From Methanobacteriota archaeon (GTDB lineage Archaea; Thermoplasmatota; Thermoplasmata; RBG-16-68-12), in contig VBMN01000073.1 in assembly GCA_005878385.1 (NCBI GenBank), positions 1 through 51,074 of the forward strand: a DNA stretch of 51,074 nt, in the 5' to 3' direction. The notes under the pieces are model-generated. The model saw nothing but the letters and a program-made list of their open reading frames with translations, was not told where the DNA came from and ran no database searches. The translations under genes and the position numbers were made by a program. This document shows, in pieces, positions 8,730 through 17,809 of this stretch. Each line of letters begins with the position of its first letter. The stretch's first letter is position 1.

Positions 8730-9191
8730 TCAACGCTTCGTTGCCTTGCGAGGCTTCCTGGAATCCACCTTCGCCGAGATTCGACGGACTTCTTCCTTCT
8801 CGAACCTTTTCGTCGGCTCATCGAACCGCCACGCTGCAATCTCTCGCGGATCGCGATCCACGATGCTCAGGATGAGGTACAGATACCACGGGGTGGCGCG
8901 GGATCGGTCGAATTCCGATGGCACCGCGGGATGATTGGGATGGCTGTGATAGATGCCGACCAAGTCCAGGCCTCTCTTCCGCGCCTCGTCGTCCGCGCGA
9001 AGTAGCTCCAGTGGATCGACCATGTACCGGCGGGCTCGGTCTTCCACGGCGACGTTCTTCGCTCGATGGGCCTCGATCACGCCCGTCCGTTCCCCAATGT
9101 GGCCAAGCAGGAACCCGCAACACTCCTCCGGGAATGCGCCGCGTGCATGGTCTTCGATGACCTTGGTTGCGGCCTCCCGAAGCTCGATCAC
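8730..9191 (-). CDS. JAMM/MPN+ (Mov34, Mec-like) metalloprotease
   Basis: PEECCG catalytic Glu; YHSHPNHPAVPSEFD matches the HxH-x7-S-x2-D JAMM motif; GTGA overlap with the cysM stop. Confidence 0.93.
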   Translation of the reverse strand: MIELREAATKVIEDHARGAFPEECCGFLLGHIGERTGVIEAHRAKNVAVEDRARRYMVDPLELLRADDEARKRGLDLVGIYHSHPNHPAVPSEFDRSRATPWYLYLILSIVDRDPREIAAWRFDEPTKRFEKEEVRRISAKVDSRKPRKATKR

Positions 9192-10117
9192 GATTCGCCC
9201 TCCCAGTAGCGCTCCCCCAGGTAGCGCTCGCCTCTGTCCGGGAAGATCATGACGACGTGTCCCTCCCCAATCCGCTCGGACAACCGAAGTGCGGCATCGA
9301 ACGCCGCGCCGCTCGAGGTGCCGACCAAGAGCCCCTCCTCCCGGGCGAGGCGACGCACGGCGACCTGCGCGTCCTCAGTCGCCACGGAGAGGATTTCGTC
9401 CGGAAGCTTCGAATCCCAGATGCCCGGGACGTGGGAGCTTCCGAGGTGCTTCACCCCCTCGATGCCATGGAACGGGCCGTCTGGTTGGACCGCGACGAGA
9501 CGGATCCTGGGATTCTTCGTCTTGAGATATCGGCCGGCACCGACGAAGGTGCCCGTGGTCCCTAAACAGGCGACTAGGTGTGTGATCTCTTGGCGAGTCT
9601 GCTGCCAGATCTCTGGACCGGTCGACTCGTAGTGCGCACGCCAATTTGCCTCGTTGTTGTATTGATCCAGATACCAGTACTTCTGCGGGTCGGAGAGGGC
9701 GAGGTCCTTCGCTACCTTCTGGGCTCCGTCGGTCCCGTCTTCCGCCGGCGTGAAGACCAGCTCGGCCCCGTAGGCCTTCAACATCCTCCGCCGATCCAAG
9801 GAGATGTTGGCGGGAACACAAAGTGTCACCGGGTACCCTTCCGCCGCGGCAAGCATCGCGATCGCGATTCCGGTATTGCCGGAGGTCGCGTCGAGGAGGG
9901 TACGCTCTTTCGTCAGGCCGGACTTCTGCGCTGCGCGAATCATCCCGAGGGCGGCACGGTCCTTCACGCTGCCGCCCGGGTTGTGCCACTCCGCCTTCGC
10001 AAATAACCGTACACCGGGCGCGACGTGAGCGGCCATCCGGTCCAGCCGCAACAAGGGCGTGCGTCCAATCAGGTCGGCGACGCGGGCGGCCTCGGGCGCC
10101 TTTTCGTCGGCGGGCAT
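9188..10117 (-). CDS. cysM: PLP-dependent cysteine synthase (CysM-like)
   Basis: KAEWHNPGGSVKDR (PLP Lys), ATSGNTG, LGTTGT, FPDRGERYL. Confidence 0.9.
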   Translation of the reverse strand: MPADEKAPEAARVADLIGRTPLLRLDRMAAHVAPGVRLFAKAEWHNPGGSVKDRAALGMIRAAQKSGLTKERTLLDATSGNTGIAIAMLAAAEGYPVTLCVPANISLDRRRMLKAYGAELVFTPAEDGTDGAQKVAKDLALSDPQKYWYLDQYNNEANWRAHYESTGPEIWQQTRQEITHLVACLGTTGTFVGAGRYLKTKNPRIRLVAVQPDGPFHGIEGVKHLGSSHVPGIWDSKLPDEILSVATEDAQVAVRRLAREEGLLVGTSSGAAFDAALRLSERIGEGHVVMIFPDRGERYLGERYWEGES

Positions 10118-10130
10118 GGGTCCGCGGGCC

Positions 10131-10523
10131 TCAGGTCCGAACGGCCTTCGAGTCTCCAAGGGCGAGTCTTAGCACGTGGAGGGGCAAGAGAGCACACTTC
10201 AGGCGGACGACGCTCAAGGGAATCCCGAGTTTCTTCAGGAGCGCGTCCCGATCCAACGCCTCGATATCCGCCATGGATGACCCCTTCAACATCGTCGTGA
10301 GGATCGAGGCACTCGCCTGGCTGATCGCGCAACCCTGACCTTCGAACCGGACCTCCGAGGCGTGTCGGGAACCGTCGATGTTCAGATGAAGGATGACTTC
10401 GTCCCCACAAAGCGGGTTCGAGTCCCGGGCGTTCAAGGTCGCGTCCGGAAGCGGTCCCTTGTTCCTCGGATGTCTGTAGTGGTCCAGGATCTGCTCCTGA
10501 TACAGGTCGTACGAAGCAGACAT
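10131..10523 (-). CDS. sufU: U-type Fe-S scaffold/sulfur-transfer protein (short form)
   Basis: LYQEQILDHY, NPLCGD, GCAISQAS, RLKCALL. Confidence 0.9.
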   Translation of the reverse strand: MSASYDLYQEQILDHYRHPRNKGPLPDATLNARDSNPLCGDEVILHLNIDGSRHASEVRFEGQGCAISQASASILTTMLKGSSMADIEALDRDALLKKLGIPLSVVRLKCALLPLHVLRLALGDSKAVRT

Positions 10524-11770
10524 CAGGCGAAGACCTCTTGGACCCGCTTGATTCCGGCGACGAGCGCGTCGACGTCCTCAAGGTCGTTGTAGACATAGAA
10601 GGAAGCCCGCGCGGTTGCGGGCAAGTCGAACCGTTCCATCAGCGGCTGCGCACAGTGGTGCCCGGAACGGACGCAGATGCCTTCCACGTCCAGGATCGAT
10701 GCCACGTCGTGCGGATGGGCGTTGTCGATCGTGAATGCCAGGACCCCGGCTTTCTTCTTCACATCCTTCGGACCATACGTGTGGACGCCGTCGAGCCGCG
10801 CGAACTTCTCGAGCGCGTATTGGGTGACCTCCATCTCGTGGGCGCGGACCGCGTCCATGCCCAGCTTGGTGAGATAGTCGACCGCGACTCCGAGGCCGAT
10901 CGCGCCCGCGATGTTCGGGGTACCGCCTTCGAAGCGGTAGGGCACGTCGTTCCACGAGGCCCGGCCGAGATGGACCTCCCGGATCATCTCGCCTCCTCCG
11001 AGGAGGGGCTCCGTCGCGTCGAGGGCCTCCGGCTTCCCGTACAACACACCGATGCCCGTGGGACCGAGCATCTTGTGTCCGCTGAACGCGAGGAAGTCCG
11101 CATCGAGGTCTTGCACGTCAATCGACATGTGCGGTGCAGCTTGGGCGGCGTCGACGACGCAGACGGCTCCGACCTCGTGGGCCCGCTTTACAATATCCTT
11201 CACCGGGTTGATCGTGCCAAGGACGTTCGAACACAGCGTCACCGTGACAATCTTCGTCCGCTTCGTGAGGAGCTCGTCGTACTGTTCCATCCGCAGCGTC
11301 CCGTCGTCGTTCACATCCACGTACTTCAGGACCGCGCCTTTGTGATCTTTCACAAAGTGCCAGGGAACGTGGTTCGAATGATGCTCCATCACCGTGCCGA
11401 CGATCTCGTCTCCACTCTGAAGTTTCCCCTTCAGGCCGTACCCGTAGGCGACGACATTGAGGGATTCTGTCGTGGACTTCGTGAACACGATCTGGTTCGG
11501 AGACTTGGCACGGATGAACCCGGCGATCTTTTCGCGCGCTCCCTCGTACTCGCGGGTGGCCTCCTCTCCGAGTTCGTAGATGGCCCGATGGACGTTCGCG
11601 TTGTAGCGGGAATAGTAATCCGACGTCGCGTCAATGACCTGTTTTGGCTTCTGCGAAGTCGCGGCGCTGTCGAGGTAGATGAGGCGGCGGTCCCGGACTT
11701 TCCGCTGCAAGATGGGGAAATCGGCCTTGATGGCCGGGACGTTCAACAGCACCTTGGCAGGCTTTGCCAT
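10523..11770 (-). CDS. sufS: Cysteine desulfurase, SufS (group II)
   Basis: YLDSAATSQKP, SGHKMLGPTGIG, RSGHHCAQP. Start chosen after GAGGGA (alternative 11788). Confidence 0.96.
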   Translation of the reverse strand: MAKPAKVLLNVPAIKADFPILQRKVRDRRLIYLDSAATSQKPKQVIDATSDYYSRYNANVHRAIYELGEEATREYEGAREKIAGFIRAKSPNQIVFTKSTTESLNVVAYGYGLKGKLQSGDEIVGTVMEHHSNHVPWHFVKDHKGAVLKYVDVNDDGTLRMEQYDELLTKRTKIVTVTLCSNVLGTINPVKDIVKRAHEVGAVCVVDAAQAAPHMSIDVQDLDADFLAFSGHKMLGPTGIGVLYGKPEALDATEPLLGGGEMIREVHLGRASWNDVPYRFEGGTPNIAGAIGLGVAVDYLTKLGMDAVRAHEMEVTQYALEKFARLDGVHTYGPKDVKKKAGVLAFTIDNAHPHDVASILDVEGICVRSGHHCAQPLMERFDLPATARASFYVYNDLEDVDALVAGIKRVQEVFA

Positions 11771-11845
11771 CCGGTTCCCTCGTACCATGACGAGCTGGCT
11801 ACTTGAGTCTTCTCGTACGGCTCGTTTGAGGCCCGCGGAGGCCGC

Positions 11846-13114
11846 TCATCCGATGCCGCCACTGAGCTCCAATTCGAGCAGTCGATCCACTTCCACCGCA
11901 TATTCGACCGGGATGCGACGCGTCGCTTCCGAGGCGATTCCCAGGACCACCATGCGGATCGCTTCGTCCGCTGGGACGCCCCGCGACGACATGTAGAAAA
12001 GCATCTCTTCGCCGACCTTGCGGACCTTGCCCTCTTGCCCAATCTCCGCGTCCGCCTCGTCCACTTCGATCGACGGATTCGTTTCCGCGCGGGATTCCGC
12101 GTCGAGCATGAGCGACGACCAGGTGACCGACGACACCGCCTCCGTCGCGCCGGTGGCCACCCGGACGCCCGATCGGAGGGTGGCCCGGCCCCCTTTCTTA
12201 ACAATCCCGTGGTTCACGATGCGTGACCGCGTGCGAGGCGCCAGGTGGACCATCTCGGCCCCGACGTCCTCGTGTTGGCCTCGGCCCGCGAAGGCGACGC
12301 CGATGAAATCCGCGTTGGCTCCGGGACCGACGAGGTTCGCCCGTGGAACTTTCCATGTGCGCCTCGAACCCAAGTTCACGTCGACCCATTCGAGGGACGC
12401 ACCGTCGTGGACCTGCGCACGCTTCGTCACGAGGTTGTCCACTTTCTTGGAGAAGTTCTGGAGGGCGATGTAACGGACGCGGGAGCCTGGCATCGCGACG
12501 ACCTCAATCGCCGAAAGGTGCAGTTCGTCCGCCGTATAGACCGGCGCGGTGCAACCCTCGATGTAGGTCACCTCCGCCCCGCGATCGGCGACGATCACAT
12601 TGCGTTCGAACGGTTCGACTTTCGTATAGTCTGCACGAATCTCCGCCTGGAGCGGGATCCCGACCGAGACGCCGGGCGGCACGTAGAGGAACGAACCTTC
12701 GGTCCAGAGGGCGGCGTTCAGGGCCGCGATTGGGTCGTCGTCCGGCGGGATGACCGAGGCCAGATACGTTCGCAGGGAATCCGGAATCCGCGCGAGGGCG
12801 GTTGGCAACCCGTAGAATCGGATGCCGCGGGACTCGAGATCGGTGCGGACCGCGCGATAGGCCTCCTCGGACTCTTCGAGGGCCCCGAGGCCGGGCTGAA
12901 CCGTGGAATCCCGAGGTGCGTTTGCTTCTGCGGGGGGTCCATCGGACGAAACGATCGCCCCGAAATCGATCTCTCGCAGGAAGGCGGCCCACGCGGGAAC
13001 ACCGTCGGACCGAACGAGGTCGAGTCCTCGCAGGCGCTGACGCAACATCCAGTTTGGCTCGCCGCGTCCCGCCGAGAGCTGGCGAACCAGGTCCTCGGTC
13101 GGACCGAGGTTCAT
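11846..13114 (-). CDS. Divergent SufB/SufD-family paralog
   Basis: FERNVIVAD, YIEGCTAP, NLVTKRA, FYMSSRGV; lacks the Cys in the SQCDS-equivalent segment. Confidence 0.85.
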   Translation of the reverse strand: MNLGPTEDLVRQLSAGRGEPNWMLRQRLRGLDLVRSDGVPAWAAFLREIDFGAIVSSDGPPAEANAPRDSTVQPGLGALEESEEAYRAVRTDLESRGIRFYGLPTALARIPDSLRTYLASVIPPDDDPIAALNAALWTEGSFLYVPPGVSVGIPLQAEIRADYTKVEPFERNVIVADRGAEVTYIEGCTAPVYTADELHLSAIEVVAMPGSRVRYIALQNFSKKVDNLVTKRAQVHDGASLEWVDVNLGSRRTWKVPRANLVGPGANADFIGVAFAGRGQHEDVGAEMVHLAPRTRSRIVNHGIVKKGGRATLRSGVRVATGATEAVSSVTWSSLMLDAESRAETNPSIEVDEADAEIGQEGKVRKVGEEMLFYMSSRGVPADEAIRMVVLGIASEATRRIPVEYAVEVDRLLELELSGGIG

Positions 13115-13175
13115 GGTGACCGGGGTCCCCTCTTCACCCGTCCGTCGGTCCGGGCGACGTCCGGGGTCGTCATCC

Positions 13176-13631
13176 TCACTCCAGCGACACGATCTCCTTC
13201 TTCGCTTGGATCGCGGCCTCGAGCGTGTGCCATGCCAAGCTCGCGCACTTCACTCGAACCGGGAATTCACACACACCCGACAGGACCGCGAGCTTGCCCA
13301 ACGACTGCGTGTCGACGGGATCGCCGGGCCGGCCGGTCACCATCCGGTGGAACTTCTCGAACAATTCATGCGCCTGCGTCTTCGACTTCCCCTTGACGGC
13401 ATCGGTCATGAGCGACGCCGAAGCCTTCGAAATCGCGCAGCCCTGCCCGACGAAAGCGACGTCCGCGATCGTGCCGTCCGTCAATCGCACGTAGACGGTC
13501 ACCCGATCTCCGCACAATGGATTGTGCCCCACGGCAGTGGCATTCGCGTCCGCGATCTCGTGGAAGTTCCTCGGCCTCTTGCTGTGGTCGAGGATCGTCT
13601 CCTGATAGAGCTCGCGGAGATCCGGCGTCAT
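13176..13631 (-). CDS. sufU: SufU (long form, with insertion)
   Basis: LYQETILDH, NPLCGD, GCAISKAS, FPVRVKCASLAW. Confidence 0.93.
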   Translation of the reverse strand: MTPDLRELYQETILDHSKRPRNFHEIADANATAVGHNPLCGDRVTVYVRLTDGTIADVAFVGQGCAISKASASLMTDAVKGKSKTQAHELFEKFHRMVTGRPGDPVDTQSLGKLAVLSGVCEFPVRVKCASLAWHTLEAAIQAKKEIVSLE

Positions 13632-13684
13632 GGAATCACTGTTCGGCAGCAGCTCCGTCCCAACCTATCCGGGTCGTGCTTCAT
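13628..13684 (-). pseudogene. 18-codon ORF coupled to both neighbours; probable scar of a deleted gene
   Basis: MKHDPDRLGRSCCRTVIP*; ATGA overlap with the sufD stop and ATGA overlap with the sufU start. Confidence 0.45.
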
Positions 13685-15021
13685 AAGGTCTCTCCGACCT
13701 CGGCCCCTTTCGGCAACCGCGAGAGGATCAGTTGGTCGAGCTTGATTCGAATCGGGGCCACCTTCACCTGATTCACGACGTCCGAGGCGAACGCGTAGGT
13801 GAGGATGTGACGAGCGTTTTCCTCGTCGATCCCGCGGGAGCGAAGGTAGAACACCGCGTTCTCGTCCAGTTGACCGATCGTCGAGGCGTGACTGCACTTG
13901 ACGTCGTCCGCCAGGATCTCGAGACCCGGAGTGCTGTCGACGAAGGCCTCCTTCGATAGGAGGAGGTTCTTGTTCACCTGCCGCGCGACGGTCTTCTGGG
14001 CGTCCTTTCGGACGTAGATGTTCCCGTTGAACACCCCTCGGGACTTTCCGCCGAGGATGCCGCGGTACAGCTCGAGGCTCGTGCACGCAGGGGCTGCGTG
14101 GTCGATTCGCGTATAGTGATCCGATTGCTGTGCCCCGGAAGGCATGAACAGCCCGTTGAGGGCCACACTTCCTCCCTCGGCCCGGAAAATGGTGTGGACA
14201 TAGTTCCGGACGAGTGCTCCGCCGAAGGACATCGAGTGGCAGGTGACGGAGGAATTGCGGTCTTGGTCGACCGCCATCGTCGCGACGTGGAAGGCCGCCT
14301 CGGACTCGCGCTGGATCTTGTAATGCTCCAGGACGCAAGCCGGTCCGGCGACGATCTCCGTGACGGCGTTCGTGAAGGTTACCTCTGGGGCCCACCCCGC
14401 ATACGTCTCAATCACGGTGGCCTGGCTCCCCGCTCCGAGGCGAATCAGGTTGCGTGGATAGGCGACCGTGGGCCGGTCCCGGGACGTCGAGACGAAGACC
14501 AAATGGATCGGCTCGTCCACGACCGCATTCTTCGGGACGTCCACATAGGCACCGTCGATGAAGAAGGCCGTGTTCAACGCGACGAACGAATCCTCTTGGA
14601 AACGGGCGAACCGGGTGAGATCCTTTTCGAGGCTCCCGGGGTCCTGACGGAGGACCTCGGCGAGGGATGCGATCCGGACACCTTCCGGAAGCGGCCGGAG
14701 GTACGAAAGACGCGGTGCATACCGGCCGTTCACGAACACGAGTCGAGTCGTCTTCAAGATGCCGAATGCGAACGGTTCGAGCTTCTCTGCCACGACTCCG
14801 TCGGGCCCCCCGAGGATGGGGGGTTTGAACGGGACCCGAAGGAGCGGCGCGAGGTTCGTGAACTTCCATTCTTCGTGTCGTTGCGTGGGAAAGCCGAGGG
14901 CGTCGAACCGCTCGATCGCGGACCGGCGGATCCCGCGAAGCCACGACGGACCGGAGCGATCCGTCTCGGCGGACGCAAATTCCGCGACATACGTCTGCTT
15001 GGCGTCGAGGGCCACCGCCAC
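13681..15021 (-). CDS. sufD: Fe-S assembly protein SufD
   Basis: EEWKFT, GVFNGNIYV, LEILADDVKCSHAST, FYLRSRGI. Confidence 0.95.
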   Translation of the reverse strand: MAVALDAKQTYVAEFASAETDRSGPSWLRGIRRSAIERFDALGFPTQRHEEWKFTNLAPLLRVPFKPPILGGPDGVVAEKLEPFAFGILKTTRLVFVNGRYAPRLSYLRPLPEGVRIASLAEVLRQDPGSLEKDLTRFARFQEDSFVALNTAFFIDGAYVDVPKNAVVDEPIHLVFVSTSRDRPTVAYPRNLIRLGAGSQATVIETYAGWAPEVTFTNAVTEIVAGPACVLEHYKIQRESEAAFHVATMAVDQDRNSSVTCHSMSFGGALVRNYVHTIFRAEGGSVALNGLFMPSGAQQSDHYTRIDHAAPACTSLELYRGILGGKSRGVFNGNIYVRKDAQKTVARQVNKNLLLSKEAFVDSTPGLEILADDVKCSHASTIGQLDENAVFYLRSRGIDEENARHILTYAFASDVVNQVKVAPIRIKLDQLILSRLPKGAEVGETL

Positions 15022-15035
15022 GATCTCACCGGGCC

Positions 15036-15806
15036 TCAGGCGCGAGCCGGCTGCGGCCTCGGCGCCTCCTCGACGATCCAGCCGTAGCCGTGCTTCTCCA
15101 GGTTCCGAGCCAAGTCCGCGTCGCCGCTCTTCACGATCCGGCCGTCCACGAGGACGTGGACGAACTCAGGGATCACATAGTCCAGGAGGCGTTGGTAGTG
15201 GGTCACGACGAGCATCGAGCGCTTCGGGCTTCGCATCGTGTTGACTCCGTTGGCGACGAGGCGCAAGGCATCGATGTCAAGGCCGGAGTCCGTCTCGTCG
15301 AGGATGCAGAACTTCGGCTCTAGGACCGCCATCTGGAACACTTCGTTCTTTTTCTTCTCGCCTCCGGAGAAACCTTCGTTCAAACCGCGCTTCATGAAGG
15401 TCTCGTCAAGGCCGAGCAGCTTCGCCTTGTCTTGGACAAGGCTCATGAAGTCCATCGCATCGATCTCCTCGAGCCCGCGGTATTTTCGAATCGCGTTCAG
15501 GGCCGCCTTCAGGAAATAGGCGTTGCTGACGCCCGGGATCTCGACCGGATATTGGAACGCCATGAAGACGCCTTCGCGGGCGCGGTCCTCCGGCTTCATC
15601 GCGAGAAGATCCTTGCCTTCGAACCGGGCCGTCCCTCCCGTGACCTCGTACGTCAGGCGGCCGGCGAGGACCTGAGCGAGCGTGGTCTTGCCGCTCCCGT
15701 TCGGGCCCATGACCGCGTGGACCTCCCCGGGTCCGATCGAGAGATCGATTCCTTTCAGGATCTCCTTTCCCGCCACCTTCACGTGCAGATTCTTGATCTC
15801 GAGCAT
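15036..15806 (-). CDS. sufC: Fe-S assembly ATPase SufC
   Basis: MLEIKNL start after GGAGGA; GPNGSGKTT, FQYPVEIPGV, FSGGEKK, LDETDSGLDID. Confidence 0.97.
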   Translation of the reverse strand: MLEIKNLHVKVAGKEILKGIDLSIGPGEVHAVMGPNGSGKTTLAQVLAGRLTYEVTGGTARFEGKDLLAMKPEDRAREGVFMAFQYPVEIPGVSNAYFLKAALNAIRKYRGLEEIDAMDFMSLVQDKAKLLGLDETFMKRGLNEGFSGGEKKKNEVFQMAVLEPKFCILDETDSGLDIDALRLVANGVNTMRSPKRSMLVVTHYQRLLDYVIPEFVHVLVDGRIVKSGDADLARNLEKHGYGWIVEEAPRPQPARA

Positions 15807-15835
15807 CGTCGTGTCCTCCCACTGCGGGGGCGTGT

Positions 15836-17287
15836 TCAGCCGACCGTTCCCTCGAGGTTCAGGCTCACACTGATCAGCTTCTGGGCTTCCACCGCGAACT
15901 CCATCGGGAGCTTCAGGAAGACCTGCTTGCAGAAGCCGTTCACAATCATGTTCGTGGCATCCTCCGGCGTGATGCCACGCGTCTGGCAATAGAAGAGTTG
16001 GTCCTCGCCGATCTTCGATGTCGACGCCTCGTGCTCCATCTGGGCCGTCGGCTCCTGGACCTGGATATCTGGGAACGTGAAGGCCGCGCACGTGGAGCCG
16101 ATCAGGAGCGAGTCGCACTGGGAGTAGTTCCGGGCGTTCGTGGCGCCTTTGTGGATTTGCACGCGGCCTCGATAGGTGTTCCGCCCGTAGCCCGCGGAGA
16201 TTCCCTTCGAGATGATCGTGCTCCGGGTGTTCTTCCCGATGTGCAGCATCTTCGTGCCCGTGTCGGCCTGCTGGTAGTTGTTCGCCAACGCGACGGAATA
16301 GAATTCGCCCACGGAGTTGTCCCCCTGCAGGATGCAACTCGGGTACTTCCAGGTGATCGAGGAACCCGTCTCGACCTGGGTCCAAGAGATCTTCGAGTTC
16401 ACGCCGAGGCACTTCCCCCGCTTCGTGACGAAGTTGTAGATCCCGCCCTTCCCCTGCTTGTCGCCAGGGTACCAGTTCTGAATCGTGGAATACTTGATCT
16501 CCGCATCGTCGAGGGCGATCAGTTCGACGACCGCGGCATGCAGCTGATTCGTGTCGCGGATCGGCGCCGTGCATCCCTCGAGATAGCTCACGTACGCGCC
16601 CGGGTCTGCAATGATCAGCGTTCGCTCGAACTGCCCGGTGTCCTGCGCGTTGATCCGGAAATACGTGGACAACTCCATCGGGCACCGCACCCCCGGCGGG
16701 ACGTAGGCGAACGAGCCATCACTGAAGACCGCGCTGTTCAGCGCGGCGAAGAAATTGTCGTTGAATGGCACGACGGAGCCGAGGTACTTTCGGACGAGGT
16801 CGGGGTGTTCGAGGACCGCCTCGGAGAAGGAACAGAAGATGATGCCCAGTTCCGCGAGCTTGTCCTTGAACGTCGTCGCGACCGAGACGCTGTCCAGCAC
16901 CGCATCCACCGCGACACCGGAGAGGCGTTCCTGTTCCTGTAGCGGGATGCCAAGCTTCGCGTAGAGAGACCGGATCTCGGGATCGACGTCCTCGAGGCTC
17001 TTCACTTCCTTCTTCGGCCTCGGAGCGGCGTAGTAGATGATGTCCTGGTAGTTGATCGGGGGATAGCGGACGTTGGACCACGTGGGCTCCTTCATCGTGA
17101 GCCAGTGGCGATAGGCCCGGAGCCTCCACTCGGTCATCCATTCCGGCTCCTTCTTTTTGTGAGAGATGAGCCGGACGACGTCCTCGCTGAGCCCCTTCGG
17201 AATCGTGTCCTCATCGAAGTCGGCGACGAAACCGTATTTGTACTCCTGCTTCGCCATCTGCTCTTGGAGTACGCTCTTCGAGACCAT
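15836..17287 (-). CDS. sufB: Fe-S assembly protein SufB
   Basis: [51 protein letters not shown]. Confidence 0.97.
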   Translation of the reverse strand: MVSKSVLQEQMAKQEYKYGFVADFDEDTIPKGLSEDVVRLISHKKKEPEWMTEWRLRAYRHWLTMKEPTWSNVRYPPINYQDIIYYAAPRPKKEVKSLEDVDPEIRSLYAKLGIPLQEQERLSGVAVDAVLDSVSVATTFKDKLAELGIIFCSFSEAVLEHPDLVRKYLGSVVPFNDNFFAALNSAVFSDGSFAYVPPGVRCPMELSTYFRINAQDTGQFERTLIIADPGAYVSYLEGCTAPIRDTNQLHAAVVELIALDDAEIKYSTIQNWYPGDKQGKGGIYNFVTKRGKCLGVNSKISWTQVETGSSITWKYPSCILQGDNSVGEFYSVALANNYQQADTGTKMLHIGKNTRSTIISKGISAGYGRNTYRGRVQIHKGATNARNYSQCDSLLIGSTCAAFTFPDIQVQEPTAQMEHEASTSKIGEDQLFYCQTRGITPEDATNMIVNGFCKQVFLKLPMEFAVEAQKLISVSLNLEGTVG

Positions 17288-17324
17288 GCCACACACCTCC
17301 TTTTATGGGGAGGGAATGAGACAC

Positions 17325-17345
17325 TATAACGTCGTTATATATATC
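17325..17345. promoter_or_regulatory. suf promoter TATA with overlapping palindrome TATAACG-T-CGTTATA
   Basis: Perfect 7-1-7 inverted repeat at 17325-17339 running into a TATATATA tract in the divergent sufB/A-type-carrier intergenic region. Confidence 0.65.
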
Positions 17346-17454
17346 TTTGGTCGTGAGTGAGTCGAACAACTCGGTGGATGATTCGCGGACGACACTCGCG
17401 GCGGAAGACTTAAGTCGCGGGCCCGCTTTCAAACGACTTGGAGACGCGATCGCA

Positions 17455-17799
17455 ATGATGGCTTCGGAGGAATTGCCGCTTGTCGTCACTGACAGCGCGG
17501 TCCACCGGATTCGCGTCTTGCAGCAGAAGGAGAGCCGGCCGGACGCGTCCCTGCGGCTTCGGATCATCGCGGGCGGATGTAGCGGCATGCAGTATCGGAT
17601 GGACCTCGCCGACGCACCGCGTACGAACGATCTGGTCGTGGCAGCCCAAAACGTCCGCGTGTTCGTCGATCCGAAGAGCATGACCTATCTGAAGGGCTCC
17701 AAGCTGGAATGGGAGGAGGACCTGTTCGGCGGTCAGTTCAAGATCACGAACCCGAACGCGAAACACTCCTGTTCGTGCGGTCTGAGTTTTACGATTTGA
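17455..17799 (+). CDS. A-type Fe-S carrier (HesB/IscA/SufA/ErpA family)
   Basis: GGCSGMQY and NPNAKHSCSCGLSF. Confidence 0.95.
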   Translation: MMASEELPLVVTDSAVHRIRVLQQKESRPDASLRLRIIAGGCSGMQYRMDLADAPRTNDLVVAAQNVRVFVDPKSMTYLKGSKLEWEEDLFGGQFKITNPNAKHSCSCGLSFTI

Positions 17800-17809
17800 A
17801 TCCAACCCG

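Noticed and set aside
15036..16685. 549-aa ORF suggesting an N-terminally extended SufC
   Set aside because: The extension is an alternative frame of sufB; the real start is MLEIK at 15806 with a good SD.
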